In this document: positions 26,350 through 38,929 of the stretch, piece by piece
Numbering within the stretch: the stretch's first letter is position 1
Layout of the letters: the number at the start of each line of letters is the position of its first letter
Assembly: GCA_002633005.1 (NCBI GenBank)
Contig: NMRA01000178.1
Span: forward strand, 472,062-536,061
Source: Phoronis australis
Taxonomy: Eukaryota; Animalia; Phoronida
Direction of reading: 5' to 3'
Length of the DNA: 64,000 nucleotides
Notes under the pieces: model-generated
The model's input: the letters and a program-made list of their open reading frames with translations, nothing else
What the model was told of the DNA's origin: nothing
Database searches by the model: none
Made by a program: the position numbers and the translations under genes

Positions 26350-26547
26350 CACAGGCGGATCTACAGGAGGGGGGTTCAGGGGGTTCAACCCCCCCCCTCG
26401 GGACGGGATCAAAAATAAAAATTGAAAAAAAAATCGCCAGAAAAACGAAATCAGCTTATAAAAACCACCACAAATCTTACATGCATGGGAGAGGGGAAAC
26501 CCCCTCCTGACCTTCCTTCCGCTCAGTGCTACGTAGATCTGCCACTG
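26350..26547. mobile_element. CA..TG MITE, 5-bp TSD ACAAG
   Basis: cacaggcggatctac ... gtagatctgccactg; acaag on both sides. Confidence 0.75.
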
Positions 26548-27576
26548 ACAAGAGCAGTAATTGTGAGACTCTGGACATAAGTGATATAACTTTATTGCGA
26601 ACACGTGATTCAGCTTGGTCGCCTTTAAAGTTGCAGCTATATTTTTAACCGCGTTACGTAATGCAGGTTCAATACCTTCGAACCCGGTCAAGGGTGCAAA
26701 ACCCAAAACACATCAGTGTTAGCGCAAACCTTCGACCGAAAACCATCGCTGATTATGCATCGCCTCGACAAGATCTCACGAACAGAGAACTGTTGAAATC
26801 CCTGAACGGCAGATTTGAAACTATGGAAGCCGAGATAAAACCAGTTACGCAATGAATTGGAATATTCAAGAAAAAATGTCATCTTACGTAACACAGTGGC
26901 CACACTTGCCTATATTAAGAATGCAGTTGTCAATTGCTTGCTTTGGGAGGTTTGAATTTGTGAGACGTTGAGGTCTCAACGTACGTGACTGTGCTTTGTT
27001 GGAGAGAGAAACGGGTCCGAGTTGGAGGCAAACTNAGAGGGGAAACCCCCTCCTGACCTTCCTTCCGCTCAGCGCTACGTAGATCTGCCACTGACAAGAG
27101 CAGTAATTGTGGGACTCTGGACATAAGTGATATAACTTTATTGCGAACACGTGATTCAGCTTGGTCGCCTTTAAAGTTGCAGCTATATTTTTAACCGCGT
27201 TACGTAATGTAGGTTCAATACCTTCGAACCCGGTCAAGGGTGCAAAACCCAAAACACATGTTAGCGCAAACCTTCGACCGAAAACCATCGCTGATTATGC
27301 ATCGCCTCGACAAGATCTCACAAACAGAGAACTGTTGAAATCCCTGAACGGCAGATTTGAAACTATGGAAGCCGAGATAAAACCAGTTACGCAATGAATT
27401 GGAATATTCAAGAAAAAATGTCATCTTACGTAACACAGTGGCCACACTTGCCTATATTAAGAATGCAGTTGTCAATTGCTTGCTTTGGGAGGTTTGAATT
27501 TGTGAGACGTTGAGGTCTCAACGTACGTGACTGTGCTTTGTTGGAGAGAGAAACGGGTCCGAGTTGGAGGCAAACT
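26490..27576. repeat. ~545-bp near-identical tandem duplication around a single N (27035); likely assembly overlap
   Basis: 26490-27034 is repeated at 27036-~27576 with only a few SNPs/indels. Confidence 0.8.
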
Positions 27577-27915
27577 TTCACTGAGGCTACAGGGGACAAG
27601 TTTATGTAAAAGAAAAGGCTAGAGATTTAGACAACTAACAGCAATTTAATATTGTATAATGAAGACACAGTTCACTCGTTAACAAACAAGGAACATAAAC
27701 GATGAAGCAGGCTTTGCCCAGTCTAAATCGCATAATACAGTACGTGTATTCATGAGGCCATAAATATTTACACACCAACTGCAGATGTGTTACTACTGCA
27801 CCCGAATAAATAGTATTGGTTACACAGAGGACAGTACGAAAATGACATTGTATTTAAAACATACGCACCTTGTTGTGCCATGCAAAACATCCAAACTGAA
27901 TTAGCACTTGGTCAA

Positions 27916-29447
27916 TTTTTATGCGCCCACATATTTATATTATTCCGTCATCTCTGTCCGTCCGTCCGTCCGTCCGTCCGGGTGGCGTCCGGCGTCCGCT
28001 GCTCTATCTCCAAAACCCTTTGACATACGTTCATGAAATTTGGCACATATGTTCCATTCATGAATGGGACGGCATGTTCGAACTTTCGGACGGATCCGAC
28101 TACCGGTGTGCCCCCTAGTGGCAATTTTAGTTTTTTACGCTTACCTTTGTATCTTCACAAGTCCTTAACGGATTTTCATGAAATTTGGTATGTAGGCACC
28201 TATTAGTGAGGTGACGCTATACTCCCGTTTTCAGATGGATTTGACATAGTTTGCGCCACCTAGTGGCCATTTTTAGTGTTTTCGAGTCTGTTTTTGTGCG
28301 TCCACCCCTCTATCAACCAAACCGCTCAAAGGATGATTGTGAAAATTGGCATGTATATGCTTACTATATAGAGGACGGTTGACGATGATTTTCCGACGAT
28401 TTCGACTACTGTGGCGCCTCCTAGTGGCAGTTTTGTTTTTTTGCGCCTATGGCTGTATCTCCTAAACCGTTCGCAGGATCTTTACAAATTGTGTAAGTAT
28501 ATTTATATGATGTTAACAACGGAAGATGACGACTTTTGGTCGGATCCGACTACCGGTGTGCCCCCTAGTGGCAATTTTAGTTTTTTACGCTTACCTTTGT
28601 ATCTTCAAAAGTATTGAACGGATTTTCATGAAATTTGGTATGTAGGCACCTATTAGTGAGATGACGCTATCCTACTGTTTTCAGATGGATTCGACGTAGT
28701 TTGCGCCACCTAGTGGCCATTTTTACTGTTTTCGAGTCTGTATTTTTGCGTCCACCCCTCTATCAACCAAACCGCTCAAAGGATGATTGTGAAAATTGGC
28801 GTGTATGTGCTTACTATAAGGAAGACAGCTGACAATGATTTTCAGACGATTTGGACTACTGTGGCGCCTCCTAGTGGCAGTTTTGTTTTTTTGCGCCCAT
28901 GGCTGTATCTCCCAAACCGTTTGCAGGATCTTTACTAAATTTAGCAAGTGTATTTATGTGATGTTGACAACGGACGATGACGACTTTAGGATGATTCTGA
29001 TTACCGGTATGCCTCTAGTGGCAATTTTAGTATATGCCTCTAGTGGCAATTTTAGTATTTTACATTGACCTCTGTATTTTCATAGGTCTTCAGGTGTATA
29101 CTTTGTGTTACTTCGTGACTATGAAGGAAAAGTTCCAAGTAGAAATTTGTTTCTGGCATTCTAATGCTGTGCTAATCTCGTATGTTGGTAAATTTGTTTT
29201 TAATTCTATGTTTCTGTGGTGCTTTAAGCAACTGGTGTATAGGATGTGCTTGTATTATGAAGATTACTCACATTTTGCCCCTAGCCTATTGAGGAGACAA
29301 TGACCATGCCTTTCCATTTTGCAAAGTACAACATACAACATGTATGCCCTCTACTGGCCACTTTATGGTACCAATAAACAACCCTAGAAGGATACCGTAT
29401 GCGATGCAATTGTGGGCGCATTTCAACGCTCTGCGTTGCTCTTGTTT
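27916..29447 (+). mobile_element. Non-autonomous Helentron/DINE-1-like element with internal 450-bp (3 x ~150 bp) tandem repeats
   Basis: 5' ttttt-atgcgcccaca sub-TIR, (GTCC)n microsatellite at ~27955-27980, 3' tgtgggcgcat sub-TIR followed by hairpin caacgc-tct-gcgttg and ctcttgttt; internal period 450 bp (28108 vs 28558). Confidence 0.8.
28108..28878 (-). promoter_or_regulatory. Six co-oriented CTCF-type motifs spaced 144-161 bp apart
   Basis: gtgccccctagtgg (28108, 28558), gcgccacctagtgg (28253, 28703), gcgcctcctagtgg (28414, 28864) are reverse complements of the CCACTAG(G/A)(G/T)GGC core. Motif match only. Confidence 0.45.
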
Positions 29448-30872
29448 GATTTAAATGCATTAAAATGCGTTAATGATAACTTCATTTGTTTATAAGCTGG
29501 CGTGTGCGTGACTGAGCTTGTGTTCGTTTACGTGGGTCCGTGCGCGTGCGTGTTTCATGGCGGTAGTGACAAGAAAACCTGTAGAATTTTGATTTTGTTT
29601 TTTTACGAATTTGTAATTAATCGGGTCACGTGAGTGAAAATGGATCAGACCTTAGCAAAAAGGTAAAGGAAAAAAGAAAGGTACTTAGATAACAAGACAA
29701 CGGTGCCAATAACATGGCCAAATTTTGCTTGATATAAATTATAGAACTGCAACGGTCCCACCTTTTCGGTTCGGGTCTGTTCCATTTTTAGCCGCCCGAT
29801 TCTCGGTTCTTACGCTTCAGTTCGAAAATCAGTAGCAATATTTTTACGCTTCCTCCACGTCTCCAGACGGTTCGCTGACGGCTACTATGAAACTCGACAA
29901 AGAGGTGTCCATGAAAGGACGATAACACCTTCCTTTCCATTTTCGGAGAAATGGACGTAATGTATGCCACCTAGTGGCCATTTGTGTTATTTTTTAATCT
30001 AGATTTTGACGTCCGCTTCTCTACTGGCCAAACCATTCGCACTGTGAAATGCATAGTGGCTAACGAAGATTTTCGAACGGGTCCGACTGCTGTGCCGCTG
30101 TGTTGCAGCATTATTCTTGTGGCACAGTACAAGTTTCTGACTGGGTCTTCCGAATATTTGACATGTGCTTCTATTATGGATAGTGCATCTGAGGTCAAAT
30201 CTCACCACTGTGGAGTCCCCTAATGGAACTTTGGTTTTCCTTTGCGTTTGCCTTAATATCTACACGTCGCAAGTTCATTGATAAAGTGTTCTTGAAATTT
30301 TGTGACTATCACGTACACGATAGCATCTGCCCCAATGATACTATAGGCCTAGATGTCGTGTCTATGATCTGTCCTGTTTCAGAAAGATTTGGTCAACGTT
30401 GCGCTCCCAAGTGACCCCTCTTTTGTTCTTGTTTCTTTTTTCGTTTCCATGTAAATTCTTCAAATCTTGCAGAATCATGATGAAAGGTGACAGGTGTGCA
30501 CTCAGTGCGTGTATGTCGACTCTCCGCGGTGCTCTTGTTTTAAGTTTTTATAGATAGAATTCAAAGTGTCCATTTTACCATACCATGAACAATGATAACA
30601 AAATGAACATGAAGCAATGAAATTAGACTCGGTTCTATAACAGTACTTCCACTCTCGCTCAAAACCCAGTCGAGCAGGCAGCCGGAAATTATAAGTGCAA
30701 ATTATAACGGCTAGTCTCAGCACGGGAGCTTAATTACCCTCACCTTTTCGTTTAATCTTCATAAGAGATAAAGGGTGTATAACGCTCATTCACTCCGTGT
30801 TGAATCGTCAGGTCTCGTCACTACGAGTCGTGGTTCTCAAAATTACTAGCGCCGGTCTTGCGATCGTGAATT

Positions 30873-31262
30873 GCTTTGATTGGATACTATCTGACCTTCC
30901 GTTGGGTCATGCTGGAGCTCATTTCTTGCCGGTTGCGTCAGAGTTTCTATCACTATCACTATCACCATCATTTTCAATTTCAGCTGATGAGTATACTGCT
31001 CACTAGTAGTGTACTCAAGTCTAATGACAATAAATGAACATCTGTCAACTGAACAAGATCTGCAAATTTAAACACTGCCGAGTCAATTACCATGTAGCAC
31101 TAGGCACATTTTTTTAACAGATAAAGTAACCCTATACTCACAGATCGCTGAGAAAGATCACATGATTTATCGGGACTTCATCCCCAGAATCTTTGACACA
31201 ACCTGCGGGAAATGAGCTCCAAAATGACGTCGACTGACGGTCACATAGTAGCCAACCAAAGC
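30873..31262. repeat. Inverted pair of diverged 75-bp coding-like segments
   Basis: 30947-30873 (-) reads ETLTQPARNELQHDPTEGQIVSNQS; 31187-31262 (+) reads ESLTQPAGNELQND[+1 nt]STDGHIVANQS. Confidence 0.6.
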
Positions 31263-31709
31263 GAGAAGCCTGTTCTGAGAGCCGCTCCGGCTGTAGGGAC
31301 ACCTAAGCACAAATCTAGATTCGATCAACGCAAAATTCACTCCCACAGAACAAGAAAGTAAACCTGTGTCAGAATTGACCTACGCTTAAACAATTTTGAT
31401 TATAATCCATTTTGATAAAAAATATCAACATCAGTCAAACATTATTTCACAGAAAGTTTCTAATAGATTATAAATGTACAGATCAGTATTAAACCCGGCC
31501 GAAGCACTTCTTTACCCGGGCTATTCTTGCCTGGTTTTCTTATTTCACAAAAACTGTTTTGATTAATTTGTGCGAAAAGATTAGCACTGGACGAGGTTAC
31601 TAGTATTCTGTGGTTCACTGGCATAACCAGACCTACGTTCCGTAGTGTTTCACGACTAAAAACTCCCGGGCCCGTGCCATAGCCAAAGGTTCACGACTCC
31701 TACCTGGTG

Positions 31710-32620
31710 CATTGGCGGATTTAGGGGGGGGCCCGCTGGGCCCCCCCCTTGGCCCCCCCCCTTGGCTGCCGCAAAAAATAAAACAGCAAGAGCGTAGGGA
31801 AATGTTGAATTTATTAATTAACCCCAGTAATTAAAATTATACGGATGAAAAAAGATTTAAATGTGTGCAGTTTTAGTGTTGGGGGGGGGCTCAAATCCAA
31901 TTTCAAGCGTCAAATTCGGAACACGGCGCATTCGCAACGGAACTATGGCTAAGTATAGGCTCTCCCGCGATATCCCAGGGGACCGGCAGTGGCGCTGCGC
32001 ACTACGACTCCGTTTCCGTCGTCTGCTCCACTGTGCAATGAAGAACATTTACTTCATTTTTTAAAGAAAATGGAACCTGAGTGACGATGAAAAAACAGAA
32101 GCTGCTGGTAAGATGTGAATTTTAATCGAAGTCTTAGTGAATCACTCAGAAACTCGCAATACTGTCTTTGTCAAACCTTATCTTGAGACGATTTCCAAAG
32201 CAATCCGGTCATTATTGCCAACAAGAAAAACGGATTTGGTCTTTTGGGCATTCGAAGACTATTTTAAATACGACTATTTTGTTAAGAATCGATGGCACAA
32301 AACGTGTAATGAGCATTACAAAAAGAAGGAGGTTTCGCGCGCAAACGCTGTGGACCATAAACAAGTAGGTCTCTCAGTAACATCATGATGAGTTAAAGCG
32401 CGGTGGTGCAGTGCCGGGTAAAGCACGAGCGCTCTGTCCGCCTGGTCGTGAGTTCGAGTCTGTGGTACAAGCAGTTTTTCCTCTATGACACTTTCTCCGT
32501 TTTTTCCTTTTCTTTTTTCTTGGATAATACTTCGGGAATCAAGGAAAATGCTTGATTTTTAGAGGAAAAAAACGAAAAATGTCTTGGGNNNNNNNCCCCC
32601 CCTTGTGATATCCGCCACTG
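31710..32620. mobile_element. ~900-bp non-autonomous CA..TG DNA transposon, 5-bp TSD TGGTG, with an internal tRNA-like segment
   Basis: cattggcggat ... atccgccactg; tggtg on both sides; tRNA-like tggtgcagtg...gttcgagtc at ~32398-32462. Confidence 0.8.
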
Positions 32621-33812
32621 TGGTGACTCAGTGATAATCATTAATATGATGATTGCAATTATCTACATGAAGTTGGTATTATATATCAGTCTTTTTTCGG
32701 ATATTACTTTTTTGCAAAAACAATGACTCAACGCCTACAATACAAATCGGTTCGCCTGTCAGCCGGCACCGTTGCCAGGCCCTTCCGGTAACTGGTTCAT
32801 GAACCCAATTCGTGCATTCTCATGACCACCACTGGGAGCGCCAGCATGCGTGTAACGTTAGTGCTACAAATGGGTGTTGTTCAACATTCACCATTCTGCG
32901 CCTCGCAGAATGAGGCACATGACTACATGTAGCTGTGAGTCGCTTGCTAGAGGATCACCAATAAAACGATGATCATTCAGTAACCAATCCACAAATACTG
33001 AAGTATCGGAAAACTGTCGTAGTTTAAATGGCATAGATCAACAAATGGATACAGTGCAACTTATAACTCATTACAAAGTTTCAACAAAAAAGCCAAAGTG
33101 CGAAATTTAAGTTCCAACCCAGGAAATGGTCTAAAACTGAAAATGGGGCGCAATAATATACAGCCAAATAAAATGTCGTTAACAACTTTTGAATGCTGAT
33201 TTCCAAATACGACATGCTTGTTTCGTTATAAATTTACAACCCTTTTCCACAGAGACAATACCACTGATATCTAACAAATATTCATTCCACAATGAAACTT
33301 TCGAGTAACACTACTAAGTTTAGTTGAGAGCAATGCAAAAATACATGATGTGACGCTTTTCTCAGATAACAAATAATTCATTACTAATGGAGTTATGTCG
33401 TCAACAATACACTGCGTAGTTTCCGTCGCATGAATCATGTGACCGCTGCGTGCAAGAATAAATCGGGGATTTTGGTACGCTTTCCCCGGAAAACCTACAC
33501 TCGTGCAGGCCTTCGAGAAATGGCGAGCAACCCACTATGTATTTGGAATTTCCAGAAGTGAAATCAGGTGTCAATGTTACGAAACATACGCCATCACGGA
33601 CGTCGAGCCACAGTCAAAGATCTGCATCAGTTAGTCGCAGTAGGTTCACAGATTCGAGATAGTTGCCCCAGGATTCCCCCAGCACCGAACAAGGACTCTC
33701 ACTCGGCTCTACACGAACTTAGAAAACATTGTGAACAGCGGAAACTACGAAGAAGATTAAGACATCGACTGCAGTAGGGCCTTCTCCAAACTATGTAAGC
33801 ACTAGAACCGTA

Positions 33813-34734
33813 ATGAGTTCCATAAGATCTCGTCACAAAAACAGGAAACCACATCAGAAAACTTCGAAGTCCAAGAAAAAGAAAGCGAGAAAATCGAGAT
33901 CAAGGCATGGAAAGCACAAGAATAAAAGTGCCAAACACATACTCTACAAGATACTCTACTCACATTTAAAAAACGCTATGCGTTATCAAATGCTTCAAAA
34001 TATGTACACGGGGTGCCCACTGTCGTGTATGCAACCTCTGTTTTCAGTACCTCCGATCATGTACCCCCACTTGATGGGCATGCCATACCCGCCATGTGGA
34101 CTGTCATGTGGACCGCCGTGTGGACCGTCATGTGAATCGCCGTGTGGACCCTCATGTGGACCGCCGTGTAAGTGTTGATTTCAATTTTTGATATTCACCT
34201 ACCATCGTTTTCAAAAACATTGTCTGTTCGTATGCAAGTTGTGAACCAAAAACTTAACCAAGCATTGCATATTTTTCTAGCTCATCTATTAGTAATTTAC
34301 ATTGTCGAATACAGTCGCGGACGAAAGCATCGTTTTCGTGAGATTTTTTAGAACGATTCTACTTCTCCCTTATGTAATTTTACGATGGTTTGTGAACACG
34401 TACATTCTGATCAAGACATATCAGTAGGCCCTACACGTCAAGTACGCGTGGTAAGACTACATCATCTACTACACATTCCCACCTGTACTAAGGCTCTTTC
34501 GTACTTTCAGGCGCCATGCCTCCAGCAAGCTGCTACCCACCAGCGTGTGTTCCTCCGAACGTAAGCGAACCCCCGATTGCATGCGACTGCTACTGCCACC
34601 AACCGTGCTGTCCATCTTCGATTACACCTACGTTTTACCAAGGACCTCCTTTATCAGCAATCCGATGCGTTTCAAGACCGATTAACAGACCTCACATTGG
34701 CCCCCGTTTCTCAGATGCAATGAGTTTGATTTGA
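33813..34734 (+). CDS. Cluster gene A, 192 aa: Lys/Arg/His-rich N-terminus plus CGPP/CGPS repeats and a Cys/Pro-rich tail
   Basis: Exon 1 33813-34167 (donor t|gtaagt), exon 2 34511-34734 (acceptor tactttcag); phase 1, 579 nt in frame. Confidence 0.8.
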
Positions 34735-35023
34735 TGGAAACGAATGAAACACCCAGTTTGTGTTAACTGGAACGTTATCATCGGTTTCTTTTTGTAGTTC
34801 AGCGTTATGTTGCAGAATGGAATCGGCACTAAAATCAGTAAAATAGTTAGCTTCTTGTGTGAGTATGTCGTCAACAAAGGAACACGTGACCCTGCACATT
34901 CCAAACCTAAATCTATAGTAGACCAACTACACGGTATTCTGAAATGATGTGAGGAATCGCTCATCATCTTTGCCAGGCGGGTGGTCATCGAATGGGGATG
35001 ACGGTAAAAGTTTTCCAGTAATC

Positions 35024-36301
35024 ATGAGGAGGGGGGTGCAGCTTGAAGACAAAGCTGTTAAAAGGTATCAAACAATGCAGTCGTTTAAAACATGTGACAC
35101 AGCAAGAAGAAAAAGCAGAACCAAGGAAAGGACGAAGAAAAATAGGAGCGGAAGAAAAAGACGTACTCGGTCTTGCCGCACGCCCTCTATCGTATCGATT
35201 AGTCGTCATGAGACTGATTCCTTCCTGCCCACTATAACTAGCTGGCTATCGAAATCTCACTCTGCGCAAGGACAGAGAAACTGCAGACTGAAAAGGAAGA
35301 AGAAGAAACAGAAGTCGGGGAAAGGAAAAGGTAAAGAAGTCCAAGCAAGGTAATACAACTAAAAGCTTGAAAGTTTTGAGGTACATGTAACGAAATACAG
35401 AAAATTGAATCAAATACCGGATTTTGCTTACTTGAGTTAGCGACGTTGCGTCTGAATAAAACGCCAGTTATGAACTAGAACAATAACAACGCTAGCTAAA
35501 CTGAAGTCCGTGAAAGACGGTTGCAAATTTCAGTATTTGATTCAATTTTTCTGCATCTTGTAAGACAACAAACTCATTCACCACTGAGGTAATGAGCCAT
35601 GGGCGTGACAAGTGTATTTTGAATAACACAGAAAGGATTATCAACCAAAGAAGGCAAACCTGTTTGTACGCTAACTATCTGTGTCCTGAATCTTTTTGTT
35701 TCTAGTATTTGCATTCATCATCCCTTTAAATAGACAAACCCTTGACATCAAACAATTTGCAAAATAAAGACACATTTTATTGCAGCAAGCCAAAAAGTAA
35801 CAAAGGAAGAGACCTTCTGAAATGCATAAGCAAAATCAAGAATGGATCTAAAAAATCCCGAAAGAAACAGAAAGCTAAAAAGGTCTCTATTAAAGATGCC
35901 CCAGCAAGACGAAGCCTTCGCCGTGCTAAGCCTAAGATCGTTCATCGTTTTATTGACCGATCCAAATACACCCTTGCCGGACAAACACGGGACCGTATTG
36001 GTAACATGTTCAAGTTGCCGCAACGTGTAAGAGCGTACAGGGCCAGCAGGCATTACACGATACCAAGAGTTAGCGGTCAGAACGTCCAAAACGCCCAGAA
36101 CCTGCAAAACGTACACCAAAACGTTCAGAACGTCCAGAACGTCCAGAACGCCGAAGTTGCTAAAGGTTCGTGTAGGAAGTGTTATACTGAATAATGCCGA
36201 GTTATATATTGTAACTTTGACCATTTTCAGATGTGGCAGACATTTGGGTGTCTGATCAGAAGGCATGTGCTGGTTCCGAGGTTGGCGAACAAGACGGCTA
36301 A
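35024..36301 (+). CDS. Cluster gene B, ~255-269 aa basic protein with YRASRHYTIPR motif and QNV repeats
   Basis: Exon 1 35024-35330 (g|gtaaag), exon 2 from 35734 (ccctttaaatag|ac). It ends either at stop 36194 or via a 65-nt phase-1 intron (36166-36230, ccattttcag) into 36231-36301. Start codon uncertain. Confidence 0.65.
35387..35567. mobile_element. MITE-like inverted repeat in gene B intron
   Basis: cagaaaattgaatcaaatac pairs with gtatttgattcaatttttctg. Confidence 0.6.
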
Positions 36302-36588
36302 AAGTCAAATTAGTACACCGAACTCTTAGTATATTATACATGGAAACTAATCATCATTGATGTGAGTACACAGAAACCCCGAAGCCATGTGTCCTTATAT
36401 TCTCAACAACAATCGCGAAAAAAATAATCGGGGTCCTCCGGAAAAATCCGGTACACGGAACAAAAACCTTGGTGGAAACGCCCATTTAATATGAATTTTA
36501 GCCGCCTCATTCCTGCCACTTCAAAACAAGCGTGATAAGCACAACACTAAATTAAGAATCCTAATATTCAGGGTCGAACACGTATCAT

Positions 36589-37299
36589 CATGTGGGACCG
36601 GGCGGGCAGCCGAATGCGTAACCAAAAATGACGTCATTGGAATGCAGACTAGATAGGTCTGCCGTATGATTTGATGTTAATCAATAACAAACCAGATCAA
36701 ACGTCTGACGTCTAATACGCTGATCTAACGACATGTTTACGCCATAACAAGTGGTTATCATTTCAAGCAAAAAAGCTCGGGGTTCTTTCAAGTTTGCTCA
36801 CTGTTGTGGGAGTCAAAACTGCTGTTCGATAAAATCTTCCGAGTCAGTTAGAGTAATCAAACGTTGAAACACTCACGAATGAGGGCAGTTTTTTTCCTTT
36901 TCGTTTCCCAAAATTCATTTTAAACCCGAACCTTAAAATTAACNCATGTGGGACCGGGCGGGCAGCCGAATGCGTAACCAAAAATGACGTCATTGGAATG
37001 CAGACTAGATAGGTCTGCCGTATGCTTTGATGTTAAACAATAACAAACCAGATCAAACGTCTGACGTCTAATACGCTGATCTAACGACATGTTTACGCCA
37101 TAACAAGTGGTTATCATTTCAAGCAAAAAAGCTCGGGGTTCTTTCAAGTTTGCTCACTGTTGTGGGAGTCAAAACTGCTGTTCGATAAAATCTTCCGAGT
37201 CAGTTAGAGTAATCAAACGTTGAAACACTCACGAATGAGGGCAGTTTTTTTCCTTTTCGTTTCCCAAAATTCATTTTAAACCCGAACCTTAAAATTAAC
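36589..37299. repeat. 355-bp near-identical tandem duplication around a single N (36944); likely assembly overlap
   Basis: 36589-36943 equals 36945-37299 with about 2 substitutions. Confidence 0.85.
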
Positions 37300-37600
37300 G
37301 CGTAAGTAAATAACGACATTTCTTTCCAACGTTTCGGTTCATTACTCTAAACCATTCTCAAGGAAACAGTTCACAGACTCAAAACAGGCGACACAGCTAG
37401 GTGGAGAAGAGACTGTACAGGTACACGCCAAAATGCATTGTGAAGGGGAGAAACCAGAAATCAAAACAGTTGGAGCTCAAATGATCCAATGTTTCTATTG
37501 AGGTAACACTAAGCAGGATTCCTTTATGAGGAGCCTGAAGGTGGTTATCCTTTGTCTAGGTTCTGAACACCAGAGCAATCTATGTGACAACTGTTCTGGC
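37300..37600 (-). mobile_element. Penelope-like retroelement 3' remnant
   Basis: Minus strand reads RLLIKES...LNRNIGSFELQLF* (typical GIY-YIG C-terminus, frameshifted), followed by cttgagaatggtt...aaccgaaacgttg pseudo-LTR-type motif. Confidence 0.55.
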
Positions 37601-38113
37601 CTAAATCAATTGTGATCATTTTAAACCCCACTAATGCAAATAAAATGCACTCACCAGCATCGCATTAGTGAACTGATTTTTATTTTTGGAAATTCAAAAG
37701 TCTATAATTAGTTCAACATTCGCAATATTTGTTCTCAAAAATATAACCGGTAGGTGTGTTGAAACTAAATTTGGTTGGTTTCCTTTTAATGTCGTTTCTC
37801 AAATCATTACGTTAACTTTTCAGTAGAGACACTTGATAAAAGGTGTGGGAAACAACAGGTTTGTGTAGAACACGATGATGTTTCTGCATTTTCTGGCGAC
37901 GTCTTTCACCACCAGACTCTTTCTGTATTCGTTAGTAACCGCTACTATATTTTGACTCATCCCAACTATCTCAGACAATATTTTGATTTAGAAAATTAAG
38001 CACGAATGTGTTCCAGCTACCATTGCCGGCGTGTCTGTAAACAATTATTTACAGTCAGGTCACGTGTCTAACAGTTTGCTTACGGTATCAGGTCCGTCAC
38101 GCAGATTTAGATT

Positions 38114-38395
38114 ACAATGCTTGTCACGCACGTTTAGCTGACAATGCCTGTCAGGCACATTTAGGTGGCAATGCCTGTCACATACATTCAGCTAACAATG
38201 CCTGTCAGGCACATTTAGGTGGCAATGCCTGTCACATACATTCAGCTAACAATGCCTGTCAGGCACATTTAGGTGGCAATGCCTGTCACATACATTCAGC
38301 TAACAATGCCTGTCACGCACATTTAGCTGGCAATGTTTGTCACGCACATTTAGCTGACAATGCTTGTCACGCACATTTAGCTGACGATGCCTGTC
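38114..38395. repeat. 27-bp minisatellite, ~10.4 copies, with an alternating A/B dimer in the middle
   Basis: Consensus (a/g)caatgcctgtcacgcacatttagctg. Confidence 0.9.
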
Positions 38396-38929
38396 TGTGT
38401 TGGCTGTTGTTTGGGAATGCCGTCAGAGCTTAAAGGCTAGACATATACAGATAACCTAGGGTAGTGTTGTTAAACAGTTGTGGGGGTTAATTGACAGAAA
38501 TCGCCATACCTTGTTAGTGAGTGCCATTAGCTTCTCGATTAGGCCTATTCAGTCAGTTATCGATAACTCGACTGCTGGTTTATTTAGGCGCGTCAGTCGT
38601 GTGGATTCTCCGTGAAGACGGAGTGGTTGATCCCGGGACCCTCCCAGTTAGAATAATTGCAATTGGATTATCCCCTATTGGTCTATTATGTCAATCATCT
38701 GTCCGACGCCTGCCCAGGTCATTTGAGTGTCATAATGATATCGTGGACTCTCTCAGACTCCTCCTTCGCTCGAAAATTATCTGTACTCCGGCGTCGGCTG
38801 AGTTCTGAGGATCCTGGCCAGAGCAATTTACTTTAATTTTAATTTTAATTTGCGTACTGTCTGTTATTTATCTCGTTCTCCCTTGAGGATGTCTTATAAT
38901 AAACAAATTCATAAACAAACTTTTTCCAG

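Noticed and set aside
26490-27576. Tandem duplication as a biological event, with its duplicated ORFs
   Set aside because: Near-identical copies abut a single N, the same pattern as at 10720 and 36944; most likely assembly overlap.
38114-38395. CRISPR-like array
   Set aside because: Contiguous tandem units with no unique spacers, no cas genes, eukaryotic context.
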